DNA from: an uncultured delta proteobacterium
GTDB lineage: Bacteria > Desulfobacterota > Binatia > Bin18
NCBI GenBank assembly: GCA_963733195.1
Contig: CAVTCR010000024.1
Span: 1 to 64,000 of the forward strand
DNA length: 64,000 nt
Direction: 5' to 3'
Shown: positions 53,284-63,316 of the stretch, one piece after another
How the letters are laid out: each line of letters begins with the position of its first letter
Numbering within the stretch: position 1 is the first letter of the stretch
Made by a program: the position numbers and the translations under genes
Notes under the pieces: model-generated
The model's input: only the letters and a program-made list of their open reading frames with translations
Database searches by the model: none
Told to the model about the DNA's origin: nothing

Positions 53284-53931
53284 ATGGTTGATCTACATCA
53301 AAAAATAGGCGGCTGGGCGGTAACCTCAACGGTGGTGATAATGTTCGTGTTAATCACCTATCTTTCACCACTGATTGCGAATGCGACCACTATGAAGCAG
53401 TTAGCTTCGATTGCTGTGGGCGCCCTCACGACAGTTGGCGTCTACAAGTCGGTGTTGTTCGCCCTGTTTCTCGGATTCAAAAAGGCTCAATGGATCCGAC
53501 GACGCTTGTTGGGCGATGCATTTCTTGAGGGTACGTGGGTTGGGCACTATCAACATGGCGGACTTAACCGCTTCACGATCGAGACGATTAGCCAAGTAGA
53601 TGGAGAGACGCGTATAAGCGGTCGTGAATTTGATGAGCACTTAAAAACTCGTGCTGACTGGTCGTCAGAAACTGCTGTCGTAGATCTGCGGCATCAGCGG
53701 CTGATCTATATGTATTCCTGCGATGTGTACGATACAAAGCATCAACAAAACGGAATTGGCGTTTTCAAAATAGTAAAGTCAGATCTCAAGCAGCCTCCGA
53801 ATATGCTTGATGGTTACTCAGTTGACCTAGTCGATGCGGAAAAGGATCGAAATACGGAGCACAAAATCGGCGATCAATTGGTCAAAACTGAAGATGCCCT
53901 TGCCGAAGCAAAACGCATATTTGGTGTTTAA
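53284..53931 (+). CDS. Cassette 3: 2TM plus beta-barrel protein (S-2TMbeta/Cap15-like)
   Basis: Two N-terminal TM helices followed by LEGTWVG and a beta-rich domain (LIYMY, G.G...LDGY). Confidence 0.6.
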   Translation: MVDLHQKIGGWAVTSTVVIMFVLITYLSPLIANATTMKQLASIAVGALTTVGVYKSVLFALFLGFKKAQWIRRRLLGDAFLEGTWVGHYQHGGLNRFTIETISQVDGETRISGREFDEHLKTRADWSSETAVVDLRHQRLIYMYSCDVYDTKHQQNGIGVFKIVKSDLKQPPNMLDGYSVDLVDAEKDRNTEHKIGDQLVKTEDALAEAKRIFGV

Positions 53932-54023
53932 CATCGCGCGCCACCGCATCGCTGCCACGTTGGGTTTAAGATAACTGTGAAAGGACGCAGTTGGGCAGCT
54001 CGCGATGCGCGGCAGCGTTAGAC
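53926..54023 (+). other. attC site
   Basis: R'' GTTTAAC (complement of the preceding GTTAAAC), R' GTTAGAC and internal inverted arms. Confidence 0.88.
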
Positions 54024-54038
54024 AGCTAGAGACATTTC

Positions 54039-54794
54039 ATGATGCATGAAGAGGAATTTGGCACAGCCGAGGACTATATTAGAGCCTTCGCGGCACTCTT
54101 GAGGGAGGGAATTGCTGAAAAGTACGTTGCCTTGCTGCAGGCCCATTTCAAGGCTCCACAGCATACCGCCACGTGGGCACAGATAGCCAAGGCTGTCGGA
54201 TACGCGAATGGCAATGCCGTCAATCTCCACTACGGAACGCTTGCAAGCCGAGTGGCGCATCACCTTGGTGTCGTCGAGCCACCTCAGGGTTTTTGGCTCT
54301 TCGTCCTCGTAAGGTGGGCAGACGAGAGGGATGCGAGCGGCCATACGGCTTTCGTACTCCGGCGTCCCGTCATTGAGGCATTAACGCAGCTCGGCATCCT
54401 GCCTGGTGAGGGGAATCTTCACCCCCCAAATCCGAAGGTAATCCCGGCGTGGGAAAACGTCGATCAAGACCTTGACCGAAAGGTGAAAGAAGCGCAGACA
54501 CTTTCATCAGAAGAGCGGCACAGACGTTTGGCCGAATCCCCCAAACACCCAGAGAAGGTATTGGTGAATACGACCATGTTCCTTCGGAACCAGTATGTCA
54601 TTAGTGAAGTGCTGACCCGCGCAAATGGAGTCTGTGAGTCGTGCCACGCTCCGGCACCATTTATACGCGTATCCGATGGCACACCGTATTTGGAGGTACA
54701 TCATCGGGTACGACTCGCAGATGGAGGTGAGGATACGGTCTCAAATGCCGTCGCGCTGTGTCCCAATTGTCACCGGAAGGCGCATTATGGATAA
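54039..54794 (+). CDS. Cassette 4: McrA-like HNH endonuclease
   Basis: RANGVCESC..PAPF....GTPYLEVHH...LADGGEDTVSNAVALCPNCHRKAHYG. Confidence 0.88.
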   Translation: MMHEEEFGTAEDYIRAFAALLREGIAEKYVALLQAHFKAPQHTATWAQIAKAVGYANGNAVNLHYGTLASRVAHHLGVVEPPQGFWLFVLVRWADERDASGHTAFVLRRPVIEALTQLGILPGEGNLHPPNPKVIPAWENVDQDLDRKVKEAQTLSSEERHRRLAESPKHPEKVLVNTTMFLRNQYVISEVLTRANGVCESCHAPAPFIRVSDGTPYLEVHHRVRLADGGEDTVSNAVALCPNCHRKAHYG

Positions 54795-54807
54795 CTGAGA
54801 GTGAACT

Positions 54808-54905
54808 GTCTAACTTTGCGCGCCACTGCATCGCTGCCCGGTTGCGGTTCTGCTAAACCTGAAAGGGCGCGTGTGGGCAGCTCGCGGTGAGCGCAAGCGT
54901 TAGCC
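54808..54905 (+). other. attC site
   Basis: R'' GTCTAAC (complement of GTTAGAC) and R' GTTAGCC. Confidence 0.88.
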
Positions 54906-54947
54906 TGCCGAAAGAATTGACTATAGCTCGTTGGAGGGGACTGTTAC

Positions 54948-57062
54948 ATGACTATTCGCGAATTGCTTGAGGGGATCAAGAAGATGGACCTGGTTCTCCC
55001 AGAATTCCAGCGCGAGTACGTGTGGGAAAAGGAACAGGCCAAACAACTTCTGGTCTCGCTTACCCGAGGCTACCCAACAGGCAGCCTTCTCGTCTGGAAA
55101 ACCGACAATCCCCCAGACATCAAGAATAGCGCCATCGACCGCGAGCACATCGGAACGACATCGGTCATTCTTGATGGCCAACAGCGGCTCACTACGCTCT
55201 ATCTTTTCACTCGTGGAGAGATTCCGCCTTACTACACCTCAAATGACATCCAGAACGACCCTCGAGATCTCTATTTCGATCTTGAAACTGGTGACTTTCA
55301 GTACTTTCAGCCGATGCGCATGCAGGGCAATCCCACCTGGGTAGCTGTCACTGAGTGCTTTCGTCCAGAACCGCTCAATGTCTTTGAGCTCGCCAGGAAG
55401 AAAGCGGTGACATCCATTGACCCCTTTCAGCTTGCTCAAACTTACAACAATAATCTAAATCGGTTGCGGAATATTCTCGAAAAGGACTACCCGATTCAGA
55501 CAGTTCCCTCTTCGGCCGAAATCGACGACGCAATCGATGTCTTCGACCGGGTGAACAGCCTCGGCACCAAGTTGACAGATGCTGACCTCGCGCTAGCCCA
55601 TATCACGGGAAAGTGGCCTCAAGCACGACGAGTAATGAAGGAGAAAATCGTAGAGCTAGGAAAACGGCACTTTTATTTCGACCTCACGTTTTTGGTTCGT
55701 AGTCTGACCGGGGTGGTCAAAGGACGTGCGCTTTTCGATACGATTCATGGGACCCCGGCAGACGAAATCAAAAACGGCTGGACTCGATTATCAAAGCTTT
55801 TGGACTACCTTGCTAGCGTGCTTCCGAAGCACGCACATGTTCATTCAACCGAAGACCTTAACACGACTAACGTTTTGGTCCCTGCGGTGGTCTATCTGGC
55901 TCACCACGAGGGCAAGTTCGGTTCAGACCAGGATCTACGACGGTTTATCCATTGGATGTACGCTGCCTCCGCATGGAGCCGTTATACTAGCCAGACAGAC
56001 CAACGACTCGATCACGATATTTCTCTTATCGTGCGCGAGCGAGACCCTTGGGCCGACCTAGTGGGCGCAATCGTCGAACAGCGTGGCCGCATCGAGGTTA
56101 AGGCCGCAGACTTGGAGGGCAGAGGCACACAACATCCGCTCTACAGGATGATGTACATCCTTGCCAAGCGCAGAGGTGCTGCGGATTGGTTCAATGGCAT
56201 GCCCCTGGACACAAACGTTGCCGGCGCATACGCAATCCATAGTCATCACATCTTCCCGACGTCCCTTCTCTACAATGCTGGCGGATACAGTCCCGAGAAC
56301 CACCTCCATAAGAAGATCGTAAATGAAATTGCGAATCGTGCGTTTCTCACGGATGAGACGAACTGGGCTCTTACGAACCGCCCTCCAGCTGAATATCTCT
56401 CCGAAATCCAGCGGCGATATCCTGGCGCTTTGATGAAGCAGTTCATTCCTGAGGACTCTGCCGTGTGGTCTTTGAATCGTTATGAGGACTTCCTGCAACG
56501 ACGGCGTGAGTCCATCGCTGACGCTTTCAACGAGTTAATGACCACTCTGACGGGCGAAATTGAGCTGCCACGAGAGCAGACGCTAGCCGAACTGCTTGTA
56601 GCAGGGGAGACTGCTACAGTCGAATTCAAGTCCTCTTTGAGATGGGACATCCGTGAAAACAGGGTAAACAAAGAACTTGAGAAGATCGTGGCAAAGACCA
56701 TCGCGGGATACCTTAATGTCGAGGGTGGTGTCCTTCTACTTGGAGTCTCGGACGATGGAAGTATCGTCGGACTCGGCAATGACTTTACCAGCCTTCCGCA
56801 CCAAAATCGGGATGGATTTGCTCAACAAATAGCTCAAGTGATTTCGTCCTACCTTGGTGCAGAGTTTGCCCCTTACGTTCGAGTTACATTCGAGGATCTT
56901 AATGGAAAGACGGCGTGTCTCGTAAGGGTCGAAGCAAGCCCGCGTCCTGTCTTCCTCGCAGACAAGGGCACGAAAGAGTTCTACATACGCACGGGTAACA
57001 CGACTCGCCCTCTCGATATGGAAGCTATGCACAACTATATCGGGATGCATTGGGAGATGTAG
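54948..57062 (+). CDS. Cassette 5: GmrSD-type (DUF262 + HNH-like DUF1524) protein fused to a C-terminal AlbA_2/Schlafen domain
   Basis: LPEFQREYVW, ILDGQQRLTTL, FDRVNSLG; HSHHIFP...IANRAFL; GETATVEFKSS...GYLNVEGGVLLLGVSDDG. Confidence 0.85.
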   Translation: MTIRELLEGIKKMDLVLPEFQREYVWEKEQAKQLLVSLTRGYPTGSLLVWKTDNPPDIKNSAIDREHIGTTSVILDGQQRLTTLYLFTRGEIPPYYTSNDIQNDPRDLYFDLETGDFQYFQPMRMQGNPTWVAVTECFRPEPLNVFELARKKAVTSIDPFQLAQTYNNNLNRLRNILEKDYPIQTVPSSAEIDDAIDVFDRVNSLGTKLTDADLALAHITGKWPQARRVMKEKIVELGKRHFYFDLTFLVRSLTGVVKGRALFDTIHGTPADEIKNGWTRLSKLLDYLASVLPKHAHVHSTEDLNTTNVLVPAVVYLAHHEGKFGSDQDLRRFIHWMYAASAWSRYTSQTDQRLDHDISLIVRERDPWADLVGAIVEQRGRIEVKAADLEGRGTQHPLYRMMYILAKRRGAADWFNGMPLDTNVAGAYAIHSHHIFPTSLLYNAGGYSPENHLHKKIVNEIANRAFLTDETNWALTNRPPAEYLSEIQRRYPGALMKQFIPEDSAVWSLNRYEDFLQRRRESIADAFNELMTTLTGEIELPREQTLAELLVAGETATVEFKSSLRWDIRENRVNKELEKIVAKTIAGYLNVEGGVLLLGVSDDGSIVGLGNDFTSLPHQNRDGFAQQIAQVISSYLGAEFAPYVRVTFEDLNGKTACLVRVEASPRPVFLADKGTKEFYIRTGNTTRPLDMEAMHNYIGMHWEM

Positions 57063-57095
57063 CTTGGCAACTGGGCGGAACGGCAAGCTAACCCC

Positions 57096-57600
57096 TATCA
57101 GGCCGCCGATGTCAAGAGGGCAGACGGATGCATCGCGGGGGCGGGGTGGCCGTCCGAGAAACATATGGTGAACCATCTTCGCCAAGCGTTTGCGGCTGAC
57201 TTGATTTCGGTTGCTGGTCACAGCCTGTGAGCTGCACCAAACACCTATTGAGGGTCGATGTTTCCGTGGAGCAATGTTCCACGGGAAACAGTGGCCCCCG
57301 CAAGAGGCCACGTCCTAGAAACTCTTCTGTGCCCTCATGCCGGTCTTCTCAATGCAGCGGGTTGTGTCCGAAGACACTCCTAGTTAGTGCCAGACTCGGG
57401 GGAGGGGCAGCCACGGGGCACTTGGTGACGGATCACCAAGAAGATGAGCGGGAGAGACGGTCCAATCAAACGCCTGCGGCTCCGGGGCTGTGCGTCCAGA
57501 TGTTCCCTCACAGTCCGTGCTGTATATATAAGGAAGGAACATCGAAGGGGCTCTACCCGTTGTCGGCCAGTTAGGCGGCGGGCTCCGTCTCTCCCCTCAG
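57096..57600 (-). ncRNA. Candidate bridge/seek RNA of the attC-targeting IS110
   Basis: Several hairpins including GTGTC-TTCG-GACAC (minus strand); CAACCCGCTGC (revcomp of 57354-57364) matches junction 58735-58745; GCCTAAC (revcomp of 57570-57576). Confidence 0.55.
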
Positions 57601-57603
57601 CGG

Positions 57604-58649
57604 TTACGCGGTGACAAAGCGATTGAGATCAAACGCTTGTTCCCGCGTGAGCATGTAGTACACGGCCCGGCCCAGCTTGTGCGCGAGCACGGTGAGCGCT
57701 TTGGCTTTGCCGTGTTTGTGTTCCAATTTCGCAAAATACTCTTTGCCCGGTTGATTCTGCCGTAAGAAGAGGACCGCGGCTTCGGCAAACGCCCAGCGCA
57801 AGTGCACGTTGCCGATCTTTTTGCCCGAGGTGCCCAGCCGTTTGCCGCCCGATTCTTTGGCGCACTTCACCAAGCGACAGTAGGAGACAAAATCTTGCAC
57901 GCGCGGAAAGCGGGCGATGTCCTGAATTTCATACAGAATGACCAACGCCAGAATCTGCCCGATGCCCGGGACGGATTGGAGCCGGGCGAACGTCTGGACA
58001 TCGTGCGTTTTGGCACTCCGGGTAATGATAGAGTTCCACTTCGCCGAGCAATTTGTCATAGTGATCAATGAGCGACACATCGACTTCAATGGTCTTGCGG
58101 ACACTGGGATCGGGAAAGTGCTCTTCCACTCCCTCGCGATTGGCTTTGTACGCCAGCTTTTTGCCGATCTCGGGGAGATTGTACTGACTATTGGTATTGT
58201 GGATGTGGGCTAAGAGTTCGGCGCGTTTGCGTACCAGATGACAGCGACGGCGTAGCAAGTCTCGGGTCGCCCGCATCTCTGCAGGATAGACATACGCTTG
58301 GGGGAACATCCCGCCGCGCAATAAGACCGCAATCTTGTGCGCATCAATTTTATCGTTCTTGGCTTTGCCCCCATGAATCGCCTTCATATAGAGGGCATGG
58401 CCCAGGACAAAGGCAATTCCTTCCTTCTGACAGAGGTCCGCCAGCCAATACCACGTGAACATACATTCGACGCCGACGACCACATCCTCGCGATACGGCG
58501 CAATGATCCGCAAAAACGCCTCGGGGGTCGTCGGCAGATTTTTGTGGACCAGTTTCGTGCCACTGTTGATCGAGGATACAGACGTACATCGCCTTCGCAT
58601 GTAGATCGATGCCACAATAATGTTTATGTTGCTGCGTGTAGAAATTCAT
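57604..58649 (-). CDS. IS110 transposase (frameshifted)
   Basis: YCGIDLHAK, VECMFTWYW, KAKNDKIDA, SVPGIG, SYCRL...ESGGK and GNVHLRWAF.EAA. Confidence 0.9.
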
Positions 58650-58905
58650 CCAGGTATCCTCCTTGTGGAGTGGATTGTTGTGGTACAGCCATCCTACCGC
58701 TGCACTCGCAGCACGAGGAGGCCTGGATGAGTATCAACCCGCTGCCACCGCATCGCCGCCCGGTTGCGGTTCTGGCTGAACCTGAAAGGCCGCGTTGGGG
58801 CGGCTCGCGGTGACGCGGGGGCGTTAGGCCACAGTGGTGGAAGCAACATAACCACCAGGGTGTCATAGAGATCGGAACACTTCAGACATACGGGAGGATG
58901 ACGAC

Positions 58906-59214
58906 ATGCAAGCCTATGCTATCGGCACAGTTCAAATGCGAGATCAGTCCTGGGTGGAAGAATATCTTGCAAAGCTCCAGCCTTTGCTTGAGAAGCACGG
59001 TGGGCGATGTTTGGTCCGTGCGTGGGAAATGGAAAAACTTGAAGGGACCGCACCACCGCCCAGTGTGCTGGTCGTGCTTGAGTTCCCGACCATAGATCAC
59101 GCACGAGCGTGGTACCGAGACCCGGAATACGCACCCCTCATCAAGTTGCGGCAAGGCGGCTCTGAGGCCGAGTTAATCTTGGCCGAAGGGGTATCATTTG
59201 GTCCTACCTCGTAA
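58906..59214 (+). CDS. DUF1330 domain protein
   Basis: HGGR.LVR, LEG, VVLEFP, WY..PEYAPLIKLRQ. Confidence 0.88.
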   Translation: MQAYAIGTVQMRDQSWVEEYLAKLQPLLEKHGGRCLVRAWEMEKLEGTAPPPSVLVVLEFPTIDHARAWYRDPEYAPLIKLRQGGSEAELILAEGVSFGPTS

Positions 59215-59312
59215 AAGCGAGACCCCAGATCACAAGTTTGGATGGCTCGCTTTCACGTTGAGGCATTAGGCCAGTCGGCCTGCTCGTGCGAGAGAGATGG
59301 GGGGAAGTTACA

Positions 59313-59756
59313 ATGCAGACGAACACCGAGGAGAACAAGCGCTTAATCCGACGTTTCTGGGAAGCCATGAACACGCGTCAGTTGGACCTTCTCGACGACA
59401 TCCTCACTTCGGACGCTGTCCGCCATTGCCAGGCGACTCCAGACCTCAACGTTCGGAGCTGTGAGCAGTTCAAGGAGTTCTGCCGACAGGATGCCGCAAT
59501 CTTTCCTGATTCTCTTCAAACCATCACGCATCTCGTGGCCGAAGGGAATTTCGTGGCTGTCTGGGCAACCTACGAGGGCACCCAGAGGGGACAGATGGGA
59601 CCATTCCCACCATCGGGGAGGAAAGTGCGATTTGATTTTGGGGCAGTGTTCCGTGTAGAGAATCGTAAAATTACGGAGTGGTGGGTGACGTGGGACAACA
59701 TGGCGATACTCGCGCAGCTGGGGCACCTATCGGTTCCTTCAAGCAAGAGTGAATAG
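59313..59756 (+). CDS. SnoaL-like ester cyclase
   Basis: EENKRLIRRF, FPD, VAEG..V, GTQRG.MG.FPPSGRKV and KITEWW..WD. Confidence 0.88.
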   Translation: MQTNTEENKRLIRRFWEAMNTRQLDLLDDILTSDAVRHCQATPDLNVRSCEQFKEFCRQDAAIFPDSLQTITHLVAEGNFVAVWATYEGTQRGQMGPFPPSGRKVRFDFGAVFRVENRKITEWWVTWDNMAILAQLGHLSVPSSKSE

Positions 59757-59865
59757 CGACGGTCTCACACCAATGAGCGATTGTAGTCACACAACAAGCT
59801 GAGAGAATGAAACACCGCTAGCCAACTCTTGCTCTCATTCGCTACAATGGCGCAGAGGGAAAATT

Positions 59866-60150
59866 ATGAGCCAGACACTTGAGATACCCGATACCTTGTA
59901 CACCGCTCTGAAAGAGGCGGCGGAGGCGAGAGGTCTCACCCCAGTGGCGTGGATCGCGGCACACCTCCGGCACGCCGAAAGTGAGACAGAGAGCCAAGCA
60001 AAACAAGCGAGCGGTCCGAGAACGCTCGCCGATCTCTTCGCCGGGCGAGTCGGGCGCATTCGGAGTGGCGGGAGAGAACAATTATCCCAGGAGTGCGGCG
60101 CGAAGTTCACTGACTATCTGGAAGAGAAACGGAAAGCAGGGCATCTGTGA
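59866..60150 (+). CDS. VapB-like antitoxin
   Basis: MSQTLEIPD.LY..L RHH-like start; overlaps the PIN gene start (GTGA). Confidence 0.7.
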   Translation: MSQTLEIPDTLYTALKEAAEARGLTPVAWIAAHLRHAESETESQAKQASGPRTLADLFAGRVGRIRSGGREQLSQECGAKFTDYLEEKRKAGHL

Positions 60151-60563
60151 CCCTTTGTGATACTGGTCCTTTGGTGGCGTTGGTGGACCAAGATGACGCC
60201 GCCCATGCCCGTTGTGTGGCAGCATTGAGCACCCTCCCAGCCAGTCCTTTACTCACGACGTGGCCGTGCTTGGTAGAGGCCATGTATCTCTTGTGGCGTG
60301 CTGGTGGCTTGCCAGCACAAGAAGAATTGTGGAGCTATTTGGCTGATGGGTTAGTAGTGCTGCACACGCCACAACCTGGCGAATGGGAGCGGATGCGGGA
60401 GTTGATGCGGCAGTACCATGACACGCCGATGGACTTGGCCGATGCTTCGCTAGTGGTAGTTGCCGAACGGCTCAATCTTCGTCGCCTCTTCACGTTAGAT
60501 AGTGACTTTTACGCCTACCGGATTAACGGTACCCAATCATTTGAAGTTGTCGCGCAGAAGTGA
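60147..60563 (+). CDS. vapC: VapC (PIN domain) toxin
   Basis: CDTGPLVAL, LVEAMYL, MDLADASLV and LFTLDSDF. Confidence 0.9.
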   Translation: MTLCDTGPLVALVDQDDAAHARCVAALSTLPASPLLTTWPCLVEAMYLLWRAGGLPAQEELWSYLADGLVVLHTPQPGEWERMRELMRQYHDTPMDLADASLVVVAERLNLRRLFTLDSDFYAYRINGTQSFEVVAQK

Positions 60564-60624
60564 GTGACGACGGAGAAGGCAGGAACCAAGAAAGTTAGGC
60601 AAAAGAGGAATGAAGAAGCCTTTG

Positions 60625-60724
60625 GCCTAACAATCGCCTCCAGCCCGACCGCGGCCCGCTTGCGGTTCTGACTGAATCTTAGAGATTTGTTTGGGCTGCG
60701 GCGGCTGAGGATGAGGCGTTAGGC
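60625..60724 (+). other. attC site
   Basis: R'' GCCTAAC, R' GTTAGGC; very similar to attC 53182. Confidence 0.9.
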
Positions 60725-61128
60725 CTACGAGCTATGCCACCGCAATACAACGAACCCGGTGATACGGGCGAAGATCGCATCCGGGATCGAATCGCCGCCT
60801 ATTTGAGACAGCAAAGATGCGAGATTACATGCGTCCGAGACAAACGGTCCAAGGGATGCGACATCGTCGTTCATAGCAAGCCACGCCGAATCATAGAGGT
60901 CAAGGGTTACCCATCGGTTAATGTGTCACAGGGCCAGACTAAGGCAGTACGAAAACAGCGTCCAAGCGCCGCCTACAAGCGCTGATCTGGCTTTGGGATG
61001 CGATTCGACAGCTACTTGAGACAAGGCCACAAATCCTGGCGATGAGATAGCTCTTGGCGTTCCTGCTACTGAGTTCTACGTTTCCTACCTCCAGAAATTC
61101 GACTCTATCCCACGTGATCTTTCACTGC

Positions 61129-62372
61129 TAAATCGGCCCACACGAGATTGGCACAGAGACGCACACGCTGATAGATCAAGAGTTGTGAGACTATTGCAAC
61201 GATCAGCGAGGAGTTCTGTGCCGAGACCTACGATAGTGGAGATTCCCCTTGCCGAGCAAGCCCGCATGCGGGCGGAATTACGTCGCGCCCGGTATGGATA
61301 CCTGTTGGCCCTTCATCTGGTGCTCCGTGCGCTGCCGGGCGGACCCCGAGCGAAGTGGCCGCGGTACTCTTTTGTTCGCGCTCCAGTGTGTACCGGATCG
61401 TTCGGGCATACCAGGCCGGAACGCTCACCTTCGATGAGGCCAGCGACCACGCCCCGAAAGCAGCAACGGCTGCGGCGACTCACCCCGTCGCTCAAACGCT
61501 CCGTGCAAGCGCTGCTCAAGACGGCCCCCCGGGCGTTGGGCTGGTGTCGCACGCGGTGGAGCTGCGCGGCGCTAGTCACCGAACTCCAAATCCGCCGCGG
61601 GATTGAGGTCTCAGCCGAGACGATGCGCCACTGGCTCCATGAGTTGGGCTGGGAATGGAAACGCGCAAAGTTAGCTGCTAAGGATGACGACCCACAACGC
61701 GTGGAAAAATTGGCTCGCATTCGGCTGGCCTACGAACAACTGCGAGCAGGTATGGCCCTGTTCTTTGCCGACGAGTTGGATATCAGTCTGTTACCCAAGG
61801 TGGGGCTATCAATGGATGCTCAAGGGGGAACAAGTCGAGGTAATGACCCCAGGGACCAACGAAAAGCGTTATCTGGCCGGAGCCCTCGACCTGACTACCG
61901 GAACGATCACGCAGTGTGTGTGGTATCGCAAACAGACCGGGCTTTTTATTGACCTGCTGGAGACGCTCGATCGGACGCATCCCGCGCCGCTCTTTACCCA
62001 CCTCACCATCGTGGTCGATAACGCGAAACTGCATAAGGCTAAGAAAGTGCAGCAGTGGCTCGCTGCCCATCCCCGCTTCGAGTTGCTGTACTTACCGACC
62101 TACTGTCCGCGCGCCAATCCGATCGAGCGGGCCTTTGGCGATGTCCATGACAAATGTACCCGTAACCACACCCGCAAACGGATGTGGCATCTGGTGCAAG
62201 ATGTAAAACGGCCATCTGCGAAGCAATGGACCGTGGCGGTATGCCCTCTCCGAGATCTACTACACCCCGGAAGTGACGGCAGCGGTCGAAGCCCTACAGA
62301 CTGCGGATAGCTCACTTGTTGCGCTCTCACAACTTGCCGCCTGAGTGTACGAATGTCGCCTGGTTCGATTTA
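61129..62372 (+). mobile_element. IS630-family element
   Basis: Ends TAAATCG / CGATTTA with duplicated TA in a CTAG target; transposase motifs RWSC, FADE, VVDNAKLH and LPTYCPRANPIER (frameshifted, ~61218-62310). Confidence 0.9.
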
Positions 62373-62446
62373 GTTTATTTGGTATCGGACAGCGATGTTG
62401 TGATAGTTTCTCCAGAAGAAGAGAACGTCATCCGCAAACTCGGTAG

Positions 62447-62527
62447 GCTTAACCCCGCTTGGAGTATACTAGCCCGGAAGCGGCGCCTCCCTTTTCTTCG
62501 GTCAGCCGCTCAAGCGGAACGTTGGGC
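62447..62527 (+). other. attC site
   Basis: R'' GCTTAAC, L arms CCGCTTGGAG/CTCAAGCGG with an extrahelical G, and R' GTTGGGC. Confidence 0.85.
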
Positions 62528-62570
62528 GGGGCATCCCAGTGGCCCAACGTAGCTACAGGAGGTTCTACTT

Positions 62571-63271
62571 ATGGGACGGCATAAGTCGAATAGTGTTGCC
62601 TTTAAGGGCGCAACTCAGGGAGCCTACTTGTTGGTATCAACAAACTCAATATGGATGCGGTTATACAGGTTCTGGTGTCACAACCACCAAGTCAAGAGAA
62701 AGCACTCAGCGTCGTTGGGCCTTTTGTGGCAGCACTCCGCTGGTATAGGCACCTATGCAGATGCCTTTGCCTTCTATTCCTACATCAAGAGACGAATGCA
62801 GACGAGTTTATACGTGGAGGGAAAGAGCTTGGAGGGCTTTCTGCCAGATGACCTTTCCAATAAGTTGTGACAACTTCCGGGTCTTCGACAATAGAGATGA
62901 GATGCAGCTTCCTGAAGAAGTGCCGAGTGAAGAGCAGTACAGCGAGGGCGCTACAAAGCAGATTCTTGTCAATTCGTATGAAAGAAGTCCCCAGGCTAGA
63001 GGTCAATGTATCAAGCACTATGGGGCCAGGTGTGTAGTATGCGATTTTGACTTCGCGACGTCTTACGGTGTGTTGGGGGCGGGCTTCATCCATGTTCACC
63101 ACATCATGCCTTTGTCTGATCTCAGGAGAGCTATATCGTAGATCCGGTAAGAGACCTGCGGCCTGCTGTCCAAATTGTCACGCCATGCTCCACGTGAGAA
63201 TGCCACCTCTCACAATTGAGGAACTTCAGGCTCTAGTGGACTGCCCAACAAGGTCATGCACGGCGGATTGA
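62571..63271 (+). CDS. Cassette: McrA-like HNH endonuclease (frameshifted)
   Basis: YSEGA.KQILVNSYERS..AR..CI.HYG..C.VC.FDF...GFIHVHH...CPNCHAMLH. Confidence 0.8.
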
Positions 63272-63316
63272 CTCCAACTTCGCTTCTCCGGCCGGTCGCT
63301 GCCCCCGTCATTAGGC
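63243..63316 (+). other. attC site (degenerate R' ATTAGGC)
   Basis: R'' GCCCAAC complements the preceding GTTGGGC. Confidence 0.65.

Larger units (their letters stand above)
57093..58735 (-). mobile_element. IS110-family (IS1111-like) attC-targeting element with ~510-bp downstream non-coding end
   Basis: Interrupts attC in the opposite orientation; imperfect subterminal IRs TATCAGGCCGCC / GGAGGCCTGGAT; AACCC present at both junctions. Confidence 0.85.
57086..58829 (+). other. attC site split by IS110 insertion (R'' 57086-57092; remainder 58736-58829)
   Basis: AGCTAAC on the left; on the right GCCACCGCATCG...CCCGGTTGCGGTTCTG...GTTAGGC, similar to attC 54808. Confidence 0.85.
60734..62552 (+). 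pseudogene. Cassette: PD-(D/E)XK-like nuclease interrupted by IS630
   Basis: GCDIVV.....IIEVKGYPS; the ORF resumes after 62372 (VYLVSDSDVVIV...). Confidence 0.6.

Noticed and set aside
57093-58735. Group IIC-attC intron
   Set aside because: The ORF is a DEDD IS110 transposase, not a reverse transcriptase, and no GTGCG...AY ends were found.
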